DNA of 15,258 nt from Verrucomicrobiota bacterium (GCA_947471985.1 CANIZL010000126.1:1-15258), one strand, 5' to 3'; shown: positions 1 to 8,019, counted from the first letter of the stretch. The notes: a model not told the origin generated them from the sequence alone. Numbers and translations: made by a program.

Positions 1-6
1 AAAGAA

Positions 7-27
7 GCGGCCGGCCGATTTTTTATT
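7..27 (+). terminator. Terminator-like element at the window edge: GC palindrome CGGCCGGCCG followed by TTTTTTATT. It probably ends an upstream plus-strand gene, and part of the stem may lie outside the window.
   Basis: Seen in sequence: a self-complementary GC-rich 10-mer at about 8-17 followed immediately by T6 then ATT. No coding potential around it. The hairpin is short, so this is weak. Confidence 0.25.
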
Positions 28-169
28 CGATGATCTCAATTTAATCACCTCAGCGCGCATTTTTATCGAGTATCACTCGCGGTAGCCATCCTCGCGCTAT
101 TCCGCACAATCTTAATATTTAGTCTAGCTCACGCGCCAGACACCGTTGGGCCCGGTATTCTTGGGTGGA

Positions 170-198
170 TTGACAGCGGGAGGGGTGGGGCCTATTTG
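170..198 (+). promoter_or_regulatory. Sigma70-like promoter candidate, TTGACA-N17-TATTTG, with a predicted transcription start near 205 and a roughly 280-nt leader before the zinc-ribbon gene.
   Basis: Seen in sequence: a perfect -35 hexamer TTGACA at about 170-175, a 17-nt G-rich spacer (GCGGGAGGGGTGGGGCC), and the -10-like TATTTG at about 193-198. The -10 is imperfect. I do not know the sigma-factor specificity of this organism. Confidence 0.25.
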
Positions 199-482
199 GC
201 TAGAGTCTGTAGCAGCCTAAGTCGCCTTGCCTTCCTGCAGGGCGACACGGGGGAACCAAAATCCTCAGCGAAAGCTGGGGAAGGGGCGCACGGCACCGGG
301 TAACCGGGGCCAAGGTCACTTCCAAGACCAAGCCCGTCAGCTAACTCCGTCGGCATCTGGAAGGGCGATCCTCTGGGTCCGCACTTCGTGCACCCACGTT
401 CACCCCAACTGAAACCGTGCGGCGGCAGCGTGCCGTCGTGCACTGGATGCGTCCGGTCCTGACCGAACGCGTTGCTGAAACT

Positions 483-725
483 ATGAGTGAACTGAAGTCA
501 TCGGATCCGCAGATCTGCCCCGAATGCGGTCGGCAGAACCTCTACCAAACCACCACCGCCTCCGCGGGCATCCATGGACCGGTGTTATTGCCCCGGCTGG
601 GCACCCTGTTCCATATCCCAGTGTTTGAGGTGGTGGTCTGTGCTGATTGCGGGCTCACCCGCTTTTACGCCGAGCCCTCCGCCCGGGCCCGGCTCGCCGA
701 ATCCGGGAGGTGGCGGCGCCGGTAA
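483..725 (+). CDS. Small zinc-ribbon protein of about 80 aa, with CPECG and CADCG motifs about 45 residues apart. It is a putative nucleic-acid/protein-binding Zn-ribbon of unknown function.
   Basis: Track ORF 417..725 in frame. I chose the ATG at 483 (MSELKSSDPQICPECG...) because the CxxC knuckle sits near the N-terminus. The GTG at 417 and the ATG at 447 in the same frame cannot be excluded. The stop lies 41 nt upstream of the flotillin-like gene on the same strand. Confidence 0.5.
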   Translation: MSELKSSDPQICPECGRQNLYQTTTASAGIHGPVLLPRLGTLFHIPVFEVVVCADCGLTRFYAEPSARARLAESGRWRRR

Positions 726-766
726 ACCCCAACCCACAACTACTCAATCTCGAAAGGAAATGGATT

Positions 767-2545
767 ATGCTTGCTGCCATCACTCCCCTCGGTTTGGCCA
801 TGACCGCCGGCTCCGTATTATTGGGCCTGTGCGCGCTGTATTGGTTGTTGGGAATGGTCCTCATCAACGAACGCCAGGTCGGCATCGTCATCAAACGCTT
901 CGCGTCCCGGTCCCTGCCGCCGGGGCGTTTGCTGGCCTTGGAGAACGAGGCGGGGTATCAGGCCGATACCCTCGCCCCGGGTCTGCACTTCGGTTATTGG
1001 CGTTGGCAGTATCAGGTGCTCAAGGCCCCGGTCACGGAAGTCCAGCCCGGTGAGATCGCGCTGCTCGTCGCGGCGGATGGCGCGCCCATCCCGGCGGAGC
1101 GCATGCTGGGAAAGGTGGTGGAGTGCGACAGCTATCAGGACGCCCGGCGATTTCTCGTCAACGGCGGTGAACGCGGACGCCAATTGGGTCTGCTCACGGC
1201 CGGTACGTATCGGATCAACACCGCGCTCTTCACAGTCATCACGGCCGCGCAAGCGGCGGCGCATGGCATGGCGCCAACCTCCCTGCTCGTGCAGCGCGTG
1301 GAGCCCGACATGGTGGGAATTGTGACCACCCTTGATGGGCGTCCGATTGAACCCGGGGAGATCGCCGGTCCGACCATTGCGCAGCACGATAATTTTCAGC
1401 ATCCGCAGGCGTTTCTGGCCGGCGGTGGCCGTCGTGGCTTGCAGGAACAGGTGTTGCTGAGCGGCAGTTGGAATCTCAATCCGTGGTTCGCGCAGGTGGA
1501 GCAGGTGCCCATGGTGGAGGTTCCCATCGGCTCGGTCGGGGTGGTGATTTCGTTCGTCGGTTCCGCGCACGTCGATGTGAGCGGTCAGGACTTCAAACAC
1601 GGCGACCTCGTGAACGTCGGGCACAAGGGTGTCTGGGTTTCGCCGCTGTATCCGGGCAAACATCCGTTGAACACTCGGGTGATGAAGGTGGAGCGCGTGC
1701 CCACGACCAACATCGTGCTCAACTGGGCATCGCGGACGGAGGCGCATCATTTCGACGCCAAGCTGTCGTCGATCACCGTGCGGTCGCGCGACGGCTTTGC
1801 GTTCAACCTCGACGTTTCGCAGATCATTCACGTGGGTGCGCTGGACGCGCCCAAGGTGATTTCCCGCGTCGGCTCGATGCAGAATCTGGTCGATCACGTG
1901 TTGCAGCCGATTGTCGGGAACTATTTCCGCAACTCGGCGCAGGATTACACCGTGCTGGATTTTCTCAGCGCGCGGAGTCATCGGCAGACCGAGGCGGCCG
2001 AGCACATTCGCGCGGCCATTGGGGCATATGATGTGCAGGCGATCGATACGCTGATCGGCGATATCAATCCCCCGGCCGAACTCATGCAGACGCAGACGGA
2101 TCGCAAGATCGCGGAGGAACAGCGCAAGACGTACGAGGTGCAGGAGGCCGCCCAGGTGCAGCGCCAGCAATTGGTGCGGCAGACCTCGCTGGCGGACATC
2201 CAGCAGCAGGTGGTCGGGGCGGAGCAGGGCGTGAACATCGCCGAACTCAAGTCCAACGCCCACGTGAAGCAGGCAACCGGCGAAGCCGAAGCAACCCGTC
2301 TGCGGGCGCTCGGGGAAGCGGAAGCCATCCGGGCCACCGGTAGCGCGAAGGCCGAAGCCTATCGTTCCGGTGTCGAGGCCCTCGGTTCCCAGGGCTATAC
2401 GCTCATGCAGATGATGCAGATTGTGGGCGAGAGAAATGTTCGCATCGTGCCGGACGTGGCGGTGAACGGCAGCGGCGCCAGCGGCGGCCTGATGGACGGC
2501 CTGCTCGGCGTGATGTTGCGGAAGGAAACGGCGCGGGCGACCTGA
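767..2545 (+). CDS. SPFH/band-7 (flotillin-like, YqiK/FloT-type) membrane protein of 592 aa. It has an N-terminal transmembrane helix, an SPFH core and a C-terminal EA-rich coiled coil (EAEATRLRALGEAEAIRATGSAKAEAYR).
   Basis: Track ORF 647..2545. The in-frame ATG at 767 is preceded by AAAGGAAA (a Shine-Dalgarno-like sequence) 7 nt upstream. Hydrophobic N-terminus: LAAITPLGLAMTAGSVLLGLCALYWLLGMVLI. The SPFH hallmark 'ERQVGIVIKRF...PGLHF' is present, as are a helical SPFH segment (~400-480) and flotillin-type EA repeats. The antisense ORF 818..2263 is a shadow. Confidence 0.85.
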   Translation: MLAAITPLGLAMTAGSVLLGLCALYWLLGMVLINERQVGIVIKRFASRSLPPGRLLALENEAGYQADTLAPGLHFGYWRWQYQVLKAPVTEVQPGEIALLVAADGAPIPAERMLGKVVECDSYQDARRFLVNGGERGRQLGLLTAGTYRINTALFTVITAAQAAAHGMAPTSLLVQRVEPDMVGIVTTLDGRPIEPGEIAGPTIAQHDNFQHPQAFLAGGGRRGLQEQVLLSGSWNLNPWFAQVEQVPMVEVPIGSVGVVISFVGSAHVDVSGQDFKHGDLVNVGHKGVWVSPLYPGKHPLNTRVMKVERVPTTNIVLNWASRTEAHHFDAKLSSITVRSRDGFAFNLDVSQIIHVGALDAPKVISRVGSMQNLVDHVLQPIVGNYFRNSAQDYTVLDFLSARSHRQTEAAEHIRAAIGAYDVQAIDTLIGDINPPAELMQTQTDRKIAEEQRKTYEVQEAAQVQRQQLVRQTSLADIQQQVVGAEQGVNIAELKSNAHVKQATGEAEATRLRALGEAEAIRATGSAKAEAYRSGVEALGSQGYTLMQMMQIVGERNVRIVPDVAVNGSGASGGLMDGLLGVMLRKETARAT

Positions 2546-2559
2546 ACGCCCGAGGGACG

Positions 2560-2587
2560 GGCGCTCCGGACTCCGGTCCGGCGCGCC
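2560..2587 (+). terminator. GC-rich hairpin 15 nt after the flotillin-like stop; a candidate intrinsic terminator with no U-tract.
   Basis: Seen in sequence: GGCGC(t)CCGGAC-tccg-GTCCGG(c)GCGCC. That is an 11-bp stem with one 1x1 mismatch and a 4-nt loop. No T-run follows, which is common in high-GC genomes but lowers confidence. Confidence 0.35.
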
Positions 2588-2740
2588 GTGAGGGATCCCG
2601 AATCAGCGCCGGGCATGGGTCTCACGACCGGGCCCGGCGTTTGGCCCTTTCGCCATTTGGCCCCAGATCCCGGGGGTGAAAATGTGGCGAAATCCAAAAC
2701 CTGACTAGGAACCGGCCGGGTTTTGGTATTCAATCCGCCC

Positions 2741-4687
2741 ATGATCAAGTCGAGCAACGGACGAATTCCGTTCCCAGTTGGACCGGCGGCATTGGGTTGG
2801 GCGGTCGGTTTGGCCCTGACCGCGTTGGGCCAGGGCACGTATTCGGTGCAGGATGACGCGGAGATTCACCGGCTGCTCAAGGAGGCGGCCGCGGCTCAGC
2901 GACAGACGGTGGGGACGATCAAGGCTCCGCATGATTTCCGGATGGTCGACCGATTGCCCGAGTCCGGGATCACCTTCGTTCATCACATGACCGACGATTC
3001 CGGGCGGACGGAGAAGGCCATTCATTATGATCACGGTTCCGGGGTGGCGGCGGCGGATGTGGATGGCGACGGTTTGCCGGATCTTTATTTCGGCAATCAA
3101 ATCGGCGGCAATCAGCTCTGGCGCAATCTGGGCAACGGCAAGTTCGAGAACATCACGGCCAGTGCGGGGGTGGCGGTGTCCGGCCGCGTCACCGTGGCGG
3201 TGGCTTTTGCCGACCTCGATAACGACGGCGATCCCGACCTCATCGTGAGCACGGTGCGCGAAGGAAATCTGTTGTTCGAAAACCTGGGCGGCGGGAAATT
3301 TCGGGATGTCACGGCCGCGGCGGGTTGGGATTCGCATTGGCATTCGTCGGGCATCGTGGTGTTCGATTACAATCACGACGGCCGGCCCGATGTGTTGATC
3401 ACCAGCGTGGGCAAATTCACCACCGACGTCCGCGGGCGTGACGGTTATTTCGTGGGGATGACCAATGCCTTCAGCGGCCATCTCTTTCCGGAGCGCAGCG
3501 AACCGACCCTGTTGTATCGCAATGACGGCGGGCTGAAGTTCACAGAGGTCGCGTCCGCCCTGAAGGTCACCGGCGCCGGGTGGTCGGGCGACGCCACGGC
3601 CTGCGACGTCAATGAAGACGGGTGGCCGGACCTTTACCTGCTGAACATGCAGGGGGACGATCATCTGTTCGTCAACCAGGGCGGGAAAGGTTTTGAGGAA
3701 CAGACGGCCCGGTACTTTCCCAAGACCCCCTGGGGCGCGATGGGTATTGCCGTATTTGACTACAATCTCGACGGCCATTTTGATTACTATCTGACCGACA
3801 TGCATTCGGACATGACGTCGGGTCAGTCGAAGTTGCGTCGTTCAATCAATGCCGGCGTGGAGCGGGTCAAATCCGAGGCCTGGTGTTCCGTCACGTGGAC
3901 GGATCAGTTCCTGCAGGGCGCCTCCAATAACATTTTCGGCAATGCCTTCTACCAAAATCAGGGCGCGGGCCGGTTCACGGAAAAATCGGATGCAGTGGGG
4001 ATGGAGACCTATTGGCCCTGGGGCGTGAGCATCGGGGATGTGAATTCGGATGGGTACGAGGATGTCTTCGTGACCGCCGGGATGGGCTATCCGTTTCCGT
4101 ATTCGGTGAACTCGCTGCTGTTGAATGAAGGCGGGACGAAGTTTCGCGACGCGGAGTTTCTGGCGGGGATCGAACCGCGGCGCGACGGACGCGTTTCCAA
4201 GGAATGTTTCACGCTGGACTGCGACGGTCGCGATCGGGAGCACCCGTTAAGCCGCGGCCGGCATGGCACGCTTTCGGTGCGGTCCTCTTTGAGCAGCCGT
4301 TCGGCGGTGTTTCTGGATCTCGATGGCGACGGGGATCTCGATTTGGTCACGAATGATTTCGATGATGTCCCACAGATTTTCCTGAACGATCTGGCCAGCC
4401 GGCGCGCGCCGAATTTCCTCAAGGTGCAGTTGGTGGGAACGCGGTCGAATCGCGATGCTCTGGGCGCGGTGGTGCGGGTGAAGGCCGGGGGTAAGCAGAT
4501 GAGCCGCTACCTGCACGGCAAATCCGGGTATCTCAGTCAAAGCCAGCTGCCGCTCTATTTCGGACTGGGCACGGCGAAGCAGGTGGACGAGGTGCAAATT
4601 CTCTGGCCCTCCGGCCAGACGCAGACCGTCACGGCCAACGTGCCGCACAACGGGCTCTTCGTTGTGCGCGAGCCCGACGCCAAATAG
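2741..4687 (+). CDS. CRTAC1-family protein: a 7-bladed FG-GAP/VCBS beta-propeller plus a C-terminal ASPIC/UnbV domain. It is secreted.
   Basis: Track ORF 2723..4687 (TTG). I chose the first ATG at 2741 (MIKSSNGRIPFPVGPAALGWAVGLALTALGQG, signal-peptide-like). There are seven DxDGDGxxD FG-GAP repeats, for example DVDGDGLPDLYFGN, DLDNDGDPDLIV and DLDGDGDLDLV. The C-terminal 'ALGAVVRVKAGGKQMSRYLHGKSGYLSQSQLPLYFGLG...VQILWPSGQTQ' is the UnbV_ASPIC signature. Confidence 0.85.
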   Translation: MIKSSNGRIPFPVGPAALGWAVGLALTALGQGTYSVQDDAEIHRLLKEAAAAQRQTVGTIKAPHDFRMVDRLPESGITFVHHMTDDSGRTEKAIHYDHGSGVAAADVDGDGLPDLYFGNQIGGNQLWRNLGNGKFENITASAGVAVSGRVTVAVAFADLDNDGDPDLIVSTVREGNLLFENLGGGKFRDVTAAAGWDSHWHSSGIVVFDYNHDGRPDVLITSVGKFTTDVRGRDGYFVGMTNAFSGHLFPERSEPTLLYRNDGGLKFTEVASALKVTGAGWSGDATACDVNEDGWPDLYLLNMQGDDHLFVNQGGKGFEEQTARYFPKTPWGAMGIAVFDYNLDGHFDYYLTDMHSDMTSGQSKLRRSINAGVERVKSEAWCSVTWTDQFLQGASNNIFGNAFYQNQGAGRFTEKSDAVGMETYWPWGVSIGDVNSDGYEDVFVTAGMGYPFPYSVNSLLLNEGGTKFRDAEFLAGIEPRRDGRVSKECFTLDCDGRDREHPLSRGRHGTLSVRSSLSSRSAVFLDLDGDGDLDLVTNDFDDVPQIFLNDLASRRAPNFLKVQLVGTRSNRDALGAVVRVKAGGKQMSRYLHGKSGYLSQSQLPLYFGLGTAKQVDEVQILWPSGQTQTVTANVPHNGLFVVREPDAK

Positions 4688-4693
4688 CCCAAT

Positions 4694-4728
4694 CCGGCGC
4701 CCGGCGGGCGCTGAATTCAGGGCGCCGG
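4694..4728. terminator. Hairpin between convergent genes: CCGGCGCCC-N17-GGGCGCCGG, with GAATTC in the loop. It is a candidate bidirectional terminator and overlaps the stop codon of the minus-strand beta-helix gene.
   Basis: Seen in sequence: a perfect 9-bp GC stem at about 4694-4702 and 4720-4728, sitting between the CRTAC1 stop (4687) and the minus-strand gene stop (4717-4719). No U-tract on either side. Confidence 0.35.
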
Positions 4729-5841
4729 AGGACGGTAGCCCTGTTCGGCAAGCTCCGAACCGACCGGGGCGCCGCGGGTGTCGAGCGACACTCCGGGAGG
4801 ATTCGGCCGGATCGCGCCGGCGGGGACGGACCCCTGGGGATCGATCACGGTTCCGGCCAGGACGCAATCGCGCACGCTGGCGCCGAGTGGCAGATCCAAC
4901 TCGAAACGCGGCAGACCCGGAAGCCCGCCGGGCGCACGATTCCCGGCGAAAATGCAGCGGGTGTACTGACCCAAGCCGCTTTGGTCATCAAGGCCATTGC
5001 GATTGCCTGTCAGTGTACACCGGTCGAGGACCAGGCGGGAGCGCGGGAAGACGGTGATGGCCCCGTTGTTGTTGAAAGGATTCTCGCCCTCGCCCGGGCC
5101 GGTGTTGGAGACATTGCCTTCGAAGAGACAATTCACCACGCGAGCGTGACTGCCCCAGAGCAGATCGAGCGCGGCGCCGGTGACTTCGGCCCGATTGCGC
5201 CGGAACACGCAGTCTTCGATCAAAACAAACCGGTTGGTGGCGCCTTCGTGCTGGATGGAAATTCCGCCGGCGCAGGGGCTGGCGTAGTTGTCGATGATTT
5301 CCAAATCGCGAAGGACGGGGTAGCTGCGGTGATAGATTTTGATCGCACCACCGTCACCAAAATAGAAACGCCCCTTCTTCAGCGAATGATCCGGCTCCAC
5401 CGCCTCGGGCAGCGAGTTCGTGACGAAGTGATTCGCGCCCGTCAGTTGGAAATGACGCACGACGGTGTTGCTGGAGAGACCGTCGCCCAGATAGATGACG
5501 TGATTGACGATGGCGGGGAACGAGGGGGCGCGGGGATTGGCGACGTTCGTGTTGGCGGCCGTCAGCACCGGACGACCGAGACCGATCAACTGCAGACCGT
5601 CATGCCGGCGATTGAGGTACATCAACGCCAGACCGGGCGCGGTCGGGCGATAGGTGCCGGCTTGGAATTTGATCGTCTTCTGGGCCGGGTTCGTGGCGGC
5701 CAGATCCAGCACCCGCTGGAGGTTATCCGACGGATCGACGTAATAGGCGTCGGGTCGGAGGTCGTAGGCGTGGAGGGGCAGGGCGACTCCGGCGAGGCTC
5801 AGTGCCAGCGCCAGGAATTGAGGGGAGGCCAGCGACTTCAT
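4717..5841 (-). CDS. Secreted right-handed parallel beta-helix repeat protein, possibly pectate-lyase or polysaccharide-lyase like; 374 aa.
   Basis: Track ORF 4717..5943 (TTG). The first ATG is at 5841, giving MKSLASPQFLALALSLAGVALPLHA, a canonical signal peptide ending in an AxA-like site. Repetitive beta-helix-type segments are present (NRFVLIEDCVFRRNRA, GNVSNTGPGEGENPFNNNGAITVF, LTGNRNGLDDQ). Assigning a specific enzymatic function is inference. Confidence 0.7.
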   Translation of the reverse strand: MKSLASPQFLALALSLAGVALPLHAYDLRPDAYYVDPSDNLQRVLDLAATNPAQKTIKFQAGTYRPTAPGLALMYLNRRHDGLQLIGLGRPVLTAANTNVANPRAPSFPAIVNHVIYLGDGLSSNTVVRHFQLTGANHFVTNSLPEAVEPDHSLKKGRFYFGDGGAIKIYHRSYPVLRDLEIIDNYASPCAGGISIQHEGATNRFVLIEDCVFRRNRAEVTGAALDLLWGSHARVVNCLFEGNVSNTGPGEGENPFNNNGAITVFPRSRLVLDRCTLTGNRNGLDDQSGLGQYTRCIFAGNRAPGGLPGLPRFELDLPLGASVRDCVLAGTVIDPQGSVPAGAIRPNPPGVSLDTRGAPVGSELAEQGYRPPAP

Positions 5842-5927
5842 GCGCAGTGGAGGGCATTCGGCCCCGGGGGGCGCTGGCGGAGTCGAATCCGCCGCGCCGC
5901 TCCTTCCGGGGCGGATCCCGGGGCGGG

Positions 5928-7967
5928 TTACTTCAGTTCCCAACGTTCGCCGAAGAAGCCGGCGGTGACGATTTTACCGGGCCAACGCGGGCTCGGTGGC
6001 GTGGTGAGATCAACGACCGCCCAGTCGGGCAATTTCGCCGTCTGCCGGGCGTTGTTGAGATAGTCATACTCCCGGAAGGTGAAGCTGCTGTTCACCACCA
6101 CGTAGCGGCGGGGATTCAGCGGGTTGGGATAAATGAGGACCGGCGCATGCGTGGCCGCCGCGAAATTCGTGGTGCCTATTTGCACGCCGTCGCGCGTCCA
6201 CTTCACGGGCAAACGGTCGGCCAGCCGGCCCAGTAGGGCGTTGCTCGCGGGATCGCCCCAGACCACGATGTGGTGCGCGGCGAGATCGGCGTCGGTGACG
6301 GCGGTGTCGTCCTTGACCCGCGCGTCGCCGCGATAGTGCCGCCGCCAGTGTTCGACGGCCCGTTCGAATTCGGCCTTCGCCCAGTTGCCGACGAGCGGGT
6401 TCAACGCGGTGCCGGTCGGGCGGACGAAGAGAAAGGAATCAAGGAAGGCATCGTCAATGGGACCCTGCAATCCGTGGGCTTTGCGAAGGGCGTCGGTGGC
6501 GACCGGCCCCGCCTGCCACGTGCTACCTTCGCGGTGGAACGAGGCGTTCCAGGAATGATCGGAACCGGGTAGTGGACCCGTCAGCGTAGTGCCGTCGAGT
6601 TCGATTTTCACCGGCCGGCCGAGGGCAAATTCCGCTTCGCCGGAATCGAAATGGAGGGTCAGTGCGGTGACGTTTTTCGTGTCGAGATGGACGGTGGAAT
6701 CCGTGCCGGATTGCCAGCCGTTCACGCGGGCCGGTTCCCAATGTTCACCGAGGCCGTCCACGGTAACCCAGGCCATTTCATTATAGCGCAGCGTGTGGGT
6801 GACGAAGTGCACGTCGCGGGGCACGGCGGTGCGACCGCGGGCGGCGAGGGCATCGATGCGCCGGCTTAGTTCCAGCTTGGTGTTCTTCTCATAACTATGG
6901 GCCGTCTTGGGACCGATGAGGTGCGTGAGGCTGAGTCCCTCGGCGGCGAGGGCTTTTTCCATGGCGACGGCGGCCTGGCGTTGGCTGTCGATTTCGCCGC
7001 TGTAAGCAACCAGCGGCACCATGCTGGAATTGAGGGCCTGACTGGTGGCGTCGTACATGCGCCAGAGCTTTTGTTCCCACCAGGCGGGCTGGAGGGTTTC
7101 GTTCTGGAAAACCTTGAGGAATTCGGCGGTTTCGCTGAAGCCGGCGCCGGGAGCCGCGGCGGCCCAGCGGCTGGCGTGGTTCATCGCCATGTGCCAGCAG
7201 GCGGCGCCGCCGAGCGAGAAGCCCCGGACCACCAGCCGATTTTCATCGATGGGAAAGCGGCGTTGCACGTCGGCGAGCGCTTCCCAGAAGTCGGTTTCGC
7301 CCGCGAACCGCGAGCCGTTGCAATAACGTCCGTAGAGATGCAGGACGAAGGTGTCGGTGGGGGCGAACTCGCCGAGATTGCGCGAGCGATCGGAAATGAA
7401 GGACAGCTCGGAGAGCGTCTCGCCCCGGCCGTGGAACCAGAAGTCCAGGCGCCACTTCTTGCCGGAATTCGGCCGATAACTCGCCGGGATCACGAGGCCG
7501 TACGGCTGCACGGAATCATCGATGCGGGAGACGTAGCCGAGGGCGACGGGACCGGTGGTTTCCACCCAGGGCGACTTGCCGTCGCGCCAGGCGGCGAGGC
7601 GATCGGTCGCAGTCTGCAGCAGGGTGCGGGCGGTGGCGACTTCGTTGGTCCGGAAGAGTTCGTCGTACCGTACTGCCCAATCGACGGCCTTGTGGATAAC
7701 GGCAATGTCCGGGAGCAACGCGCGACGGGCCGCGTCTTTTTCACCCAAAGATTTCCGGGCGGAATCGATTTCCGCCCCGAGGCGGGCGGCGCCGTCGGTG
7801 AGTTCCTGACGGGCATCGGCCGGAATGACGACACCCGCGGGGGGCACGCGGCGGACCTGGTCGGCGCGATTATCGGCGGGACCGTCGGCCAGCAGGCAGG
7901 GACTGCCGGTCAGTCCGGTGAGGAGACCCAGGACGGCGGCCTGGCGCAGCGATTTGAGAACACGCAT
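5928..7967 (-). CDS. Secreted multidomain alpha/beta-hydrolase-fold serine hydrolase (esterase/peptidase-like), 679 aa. It has a GFSLGG nucleophile elbow and a C-terminal beta-rich extension of about 300 aa.
   Basis: Track ORF 5928..7967. N-terminal signal peptide: MRVLKSLRQAAVLGLLTGLTGSPCLLADG. GxSxG motif: 'LVVRGFSLGGAACWHMAMNH'. It is co-directional with the beta-helix gene, separated by an 86-nt gap. The antisense ORF 6897..7976 is a shadow. I cannot separate carbohydrate-esterase from S9-like peptidase without a profile search. Confidence 0.8.
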   Translation of the reverse strand: MRVLKSLRQAAVLGLLTGLTGSPCLLADGPADNRADQVRRVPPAGVVIPADARQELTDGAARLGAEIDSARKSLGEKDAARRALLPDIAVIHKAVDWAVRYDELFRTNEVATARTLLQTATDRLAAWRDGKSPWVETTGPVALGYVSRIDDSVQPYGLVIPASYRPNSGKKWRLDFWFHGRGETLSELSFISDRSRNLGEFAPTDTFVLHLYGRYCNGSRFAGETDFWEALADVQRRFPIDENRLVVRGFSLGGAACWHMAMNHASRWAAAAPGAGFSETAEFLKVFQNETLQPAWWEQKLWRMYDATSQALNSSMVPLVAYSGEIDSQRQAAVAMEKALAAEGLSLTHLIGPKTAHSYEKNTKLELSRRIDALAARGRTAVPRDVHFVTHTLRYNEMAWVTVDGLGEHWEPARVNGWQSGTDSTVHLDTKNVTALTLHFDSGEAEFALGRPVKIELDGTTLTGPLPGSDHSWNASFHREGSTWQAGPVATDALRKAHGLQGPIDDAFLDSFLFVRPTGTALNPLVGNWAKAEFERAVEHWRRHYRGDARVKDDTAVTDADLAAHHIVVWGDPASNALLGRLADRLPVKWTRDGVQIGTTNFAAATHAPVLIYPNPLNPRRYVVVNSSFTFREYDYLNNARQTAKLPDWAVVDLTTPPSPRWPGKIVTAGFFGERWELK

Positions 7968-8019
7968 ATCGGGTGAAAGTTGGGCGACGGTAGCAGTGGG
8001 CGGACTCGGATATCAAAAA

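Noticed and set aside
177-191. G-rich tracts GGGAGGGGTGGGG (177-191) and GGGGAGGGGGGTGG (about 14568-14581), both near promoter-proximal positions; a possible G-quadruplex or shared motif.
   Set aside because: Each has only three G-runs, so neither is a canonical four-run G4. They sit on opposite sense orientations relative to their downstream genes. They are probably compositional.
150-420. Possible structured RNA gene (tmRNA, RNase P RNA, SRP RNA or 6S RNA) in the leader region. I noticed 'GCAGCCTAA', reminiscent of a tmRNA tag end, and a GGAAGG-containing segment on the reverse strand reminiscent of SRP domain IV.
   Set aside because: There are no tRNA-like acceptor or T-arm elements for tmRNA. 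There are no RNase P CR-I/CR-IV blocks (GGAAAGUCCGGGCU, ACAGAAACCCGGCUUA). The SRP-like stretch lacks the GNRA-capped helix 8 and its symmetric loops. I keep it only as an unclassified leader (see findings).
818-2263. The 481-aa minus-strand ORF antisense to the flotillin-like gene. Similar long antisense or out-of-frame ORFs are 2705..3805(-), 4981..6063(+), 6897..7976(+), 9326..10801(-), 11079..11960(-), 11219..12244(+), 13096..13974(+) and 13830..14744(+).
   Set aside because: Each lies fully inside a gene with strong family signatures on the other strand. Their translations are R/G/P/A-rich low-complexity sequence with no motifs. Long stop-free antisense frames are expected at 65% GC.
2631-2640. 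Short perfect GC palindromes in intergenic DNA (CCGGGCCCGG at about 2631, CCGGCCGG at about 2713) and the direct repeat TTTGGCCC (two copies, about 2643 and 2660) upstream of the CRTAC1 gene.
   Set aside because: GC-only palindromes of 8-10 bp are frequent by chance at this composition. There is no supporting context.
2723-2740. N-terminal extensions implied by the track's TTG/GTG starts: 2723 for CRTAC1, 5943 for the beta-helix protein, 13812 for M28 and 12211 for Fe-ADH.
   Set aside because: In each case a downstream ATG (or the GTG coupled to a stop) yields a canonical signal peptide or family-typical N-terminus. The extensions are R/G/P-rich and lack those properties.
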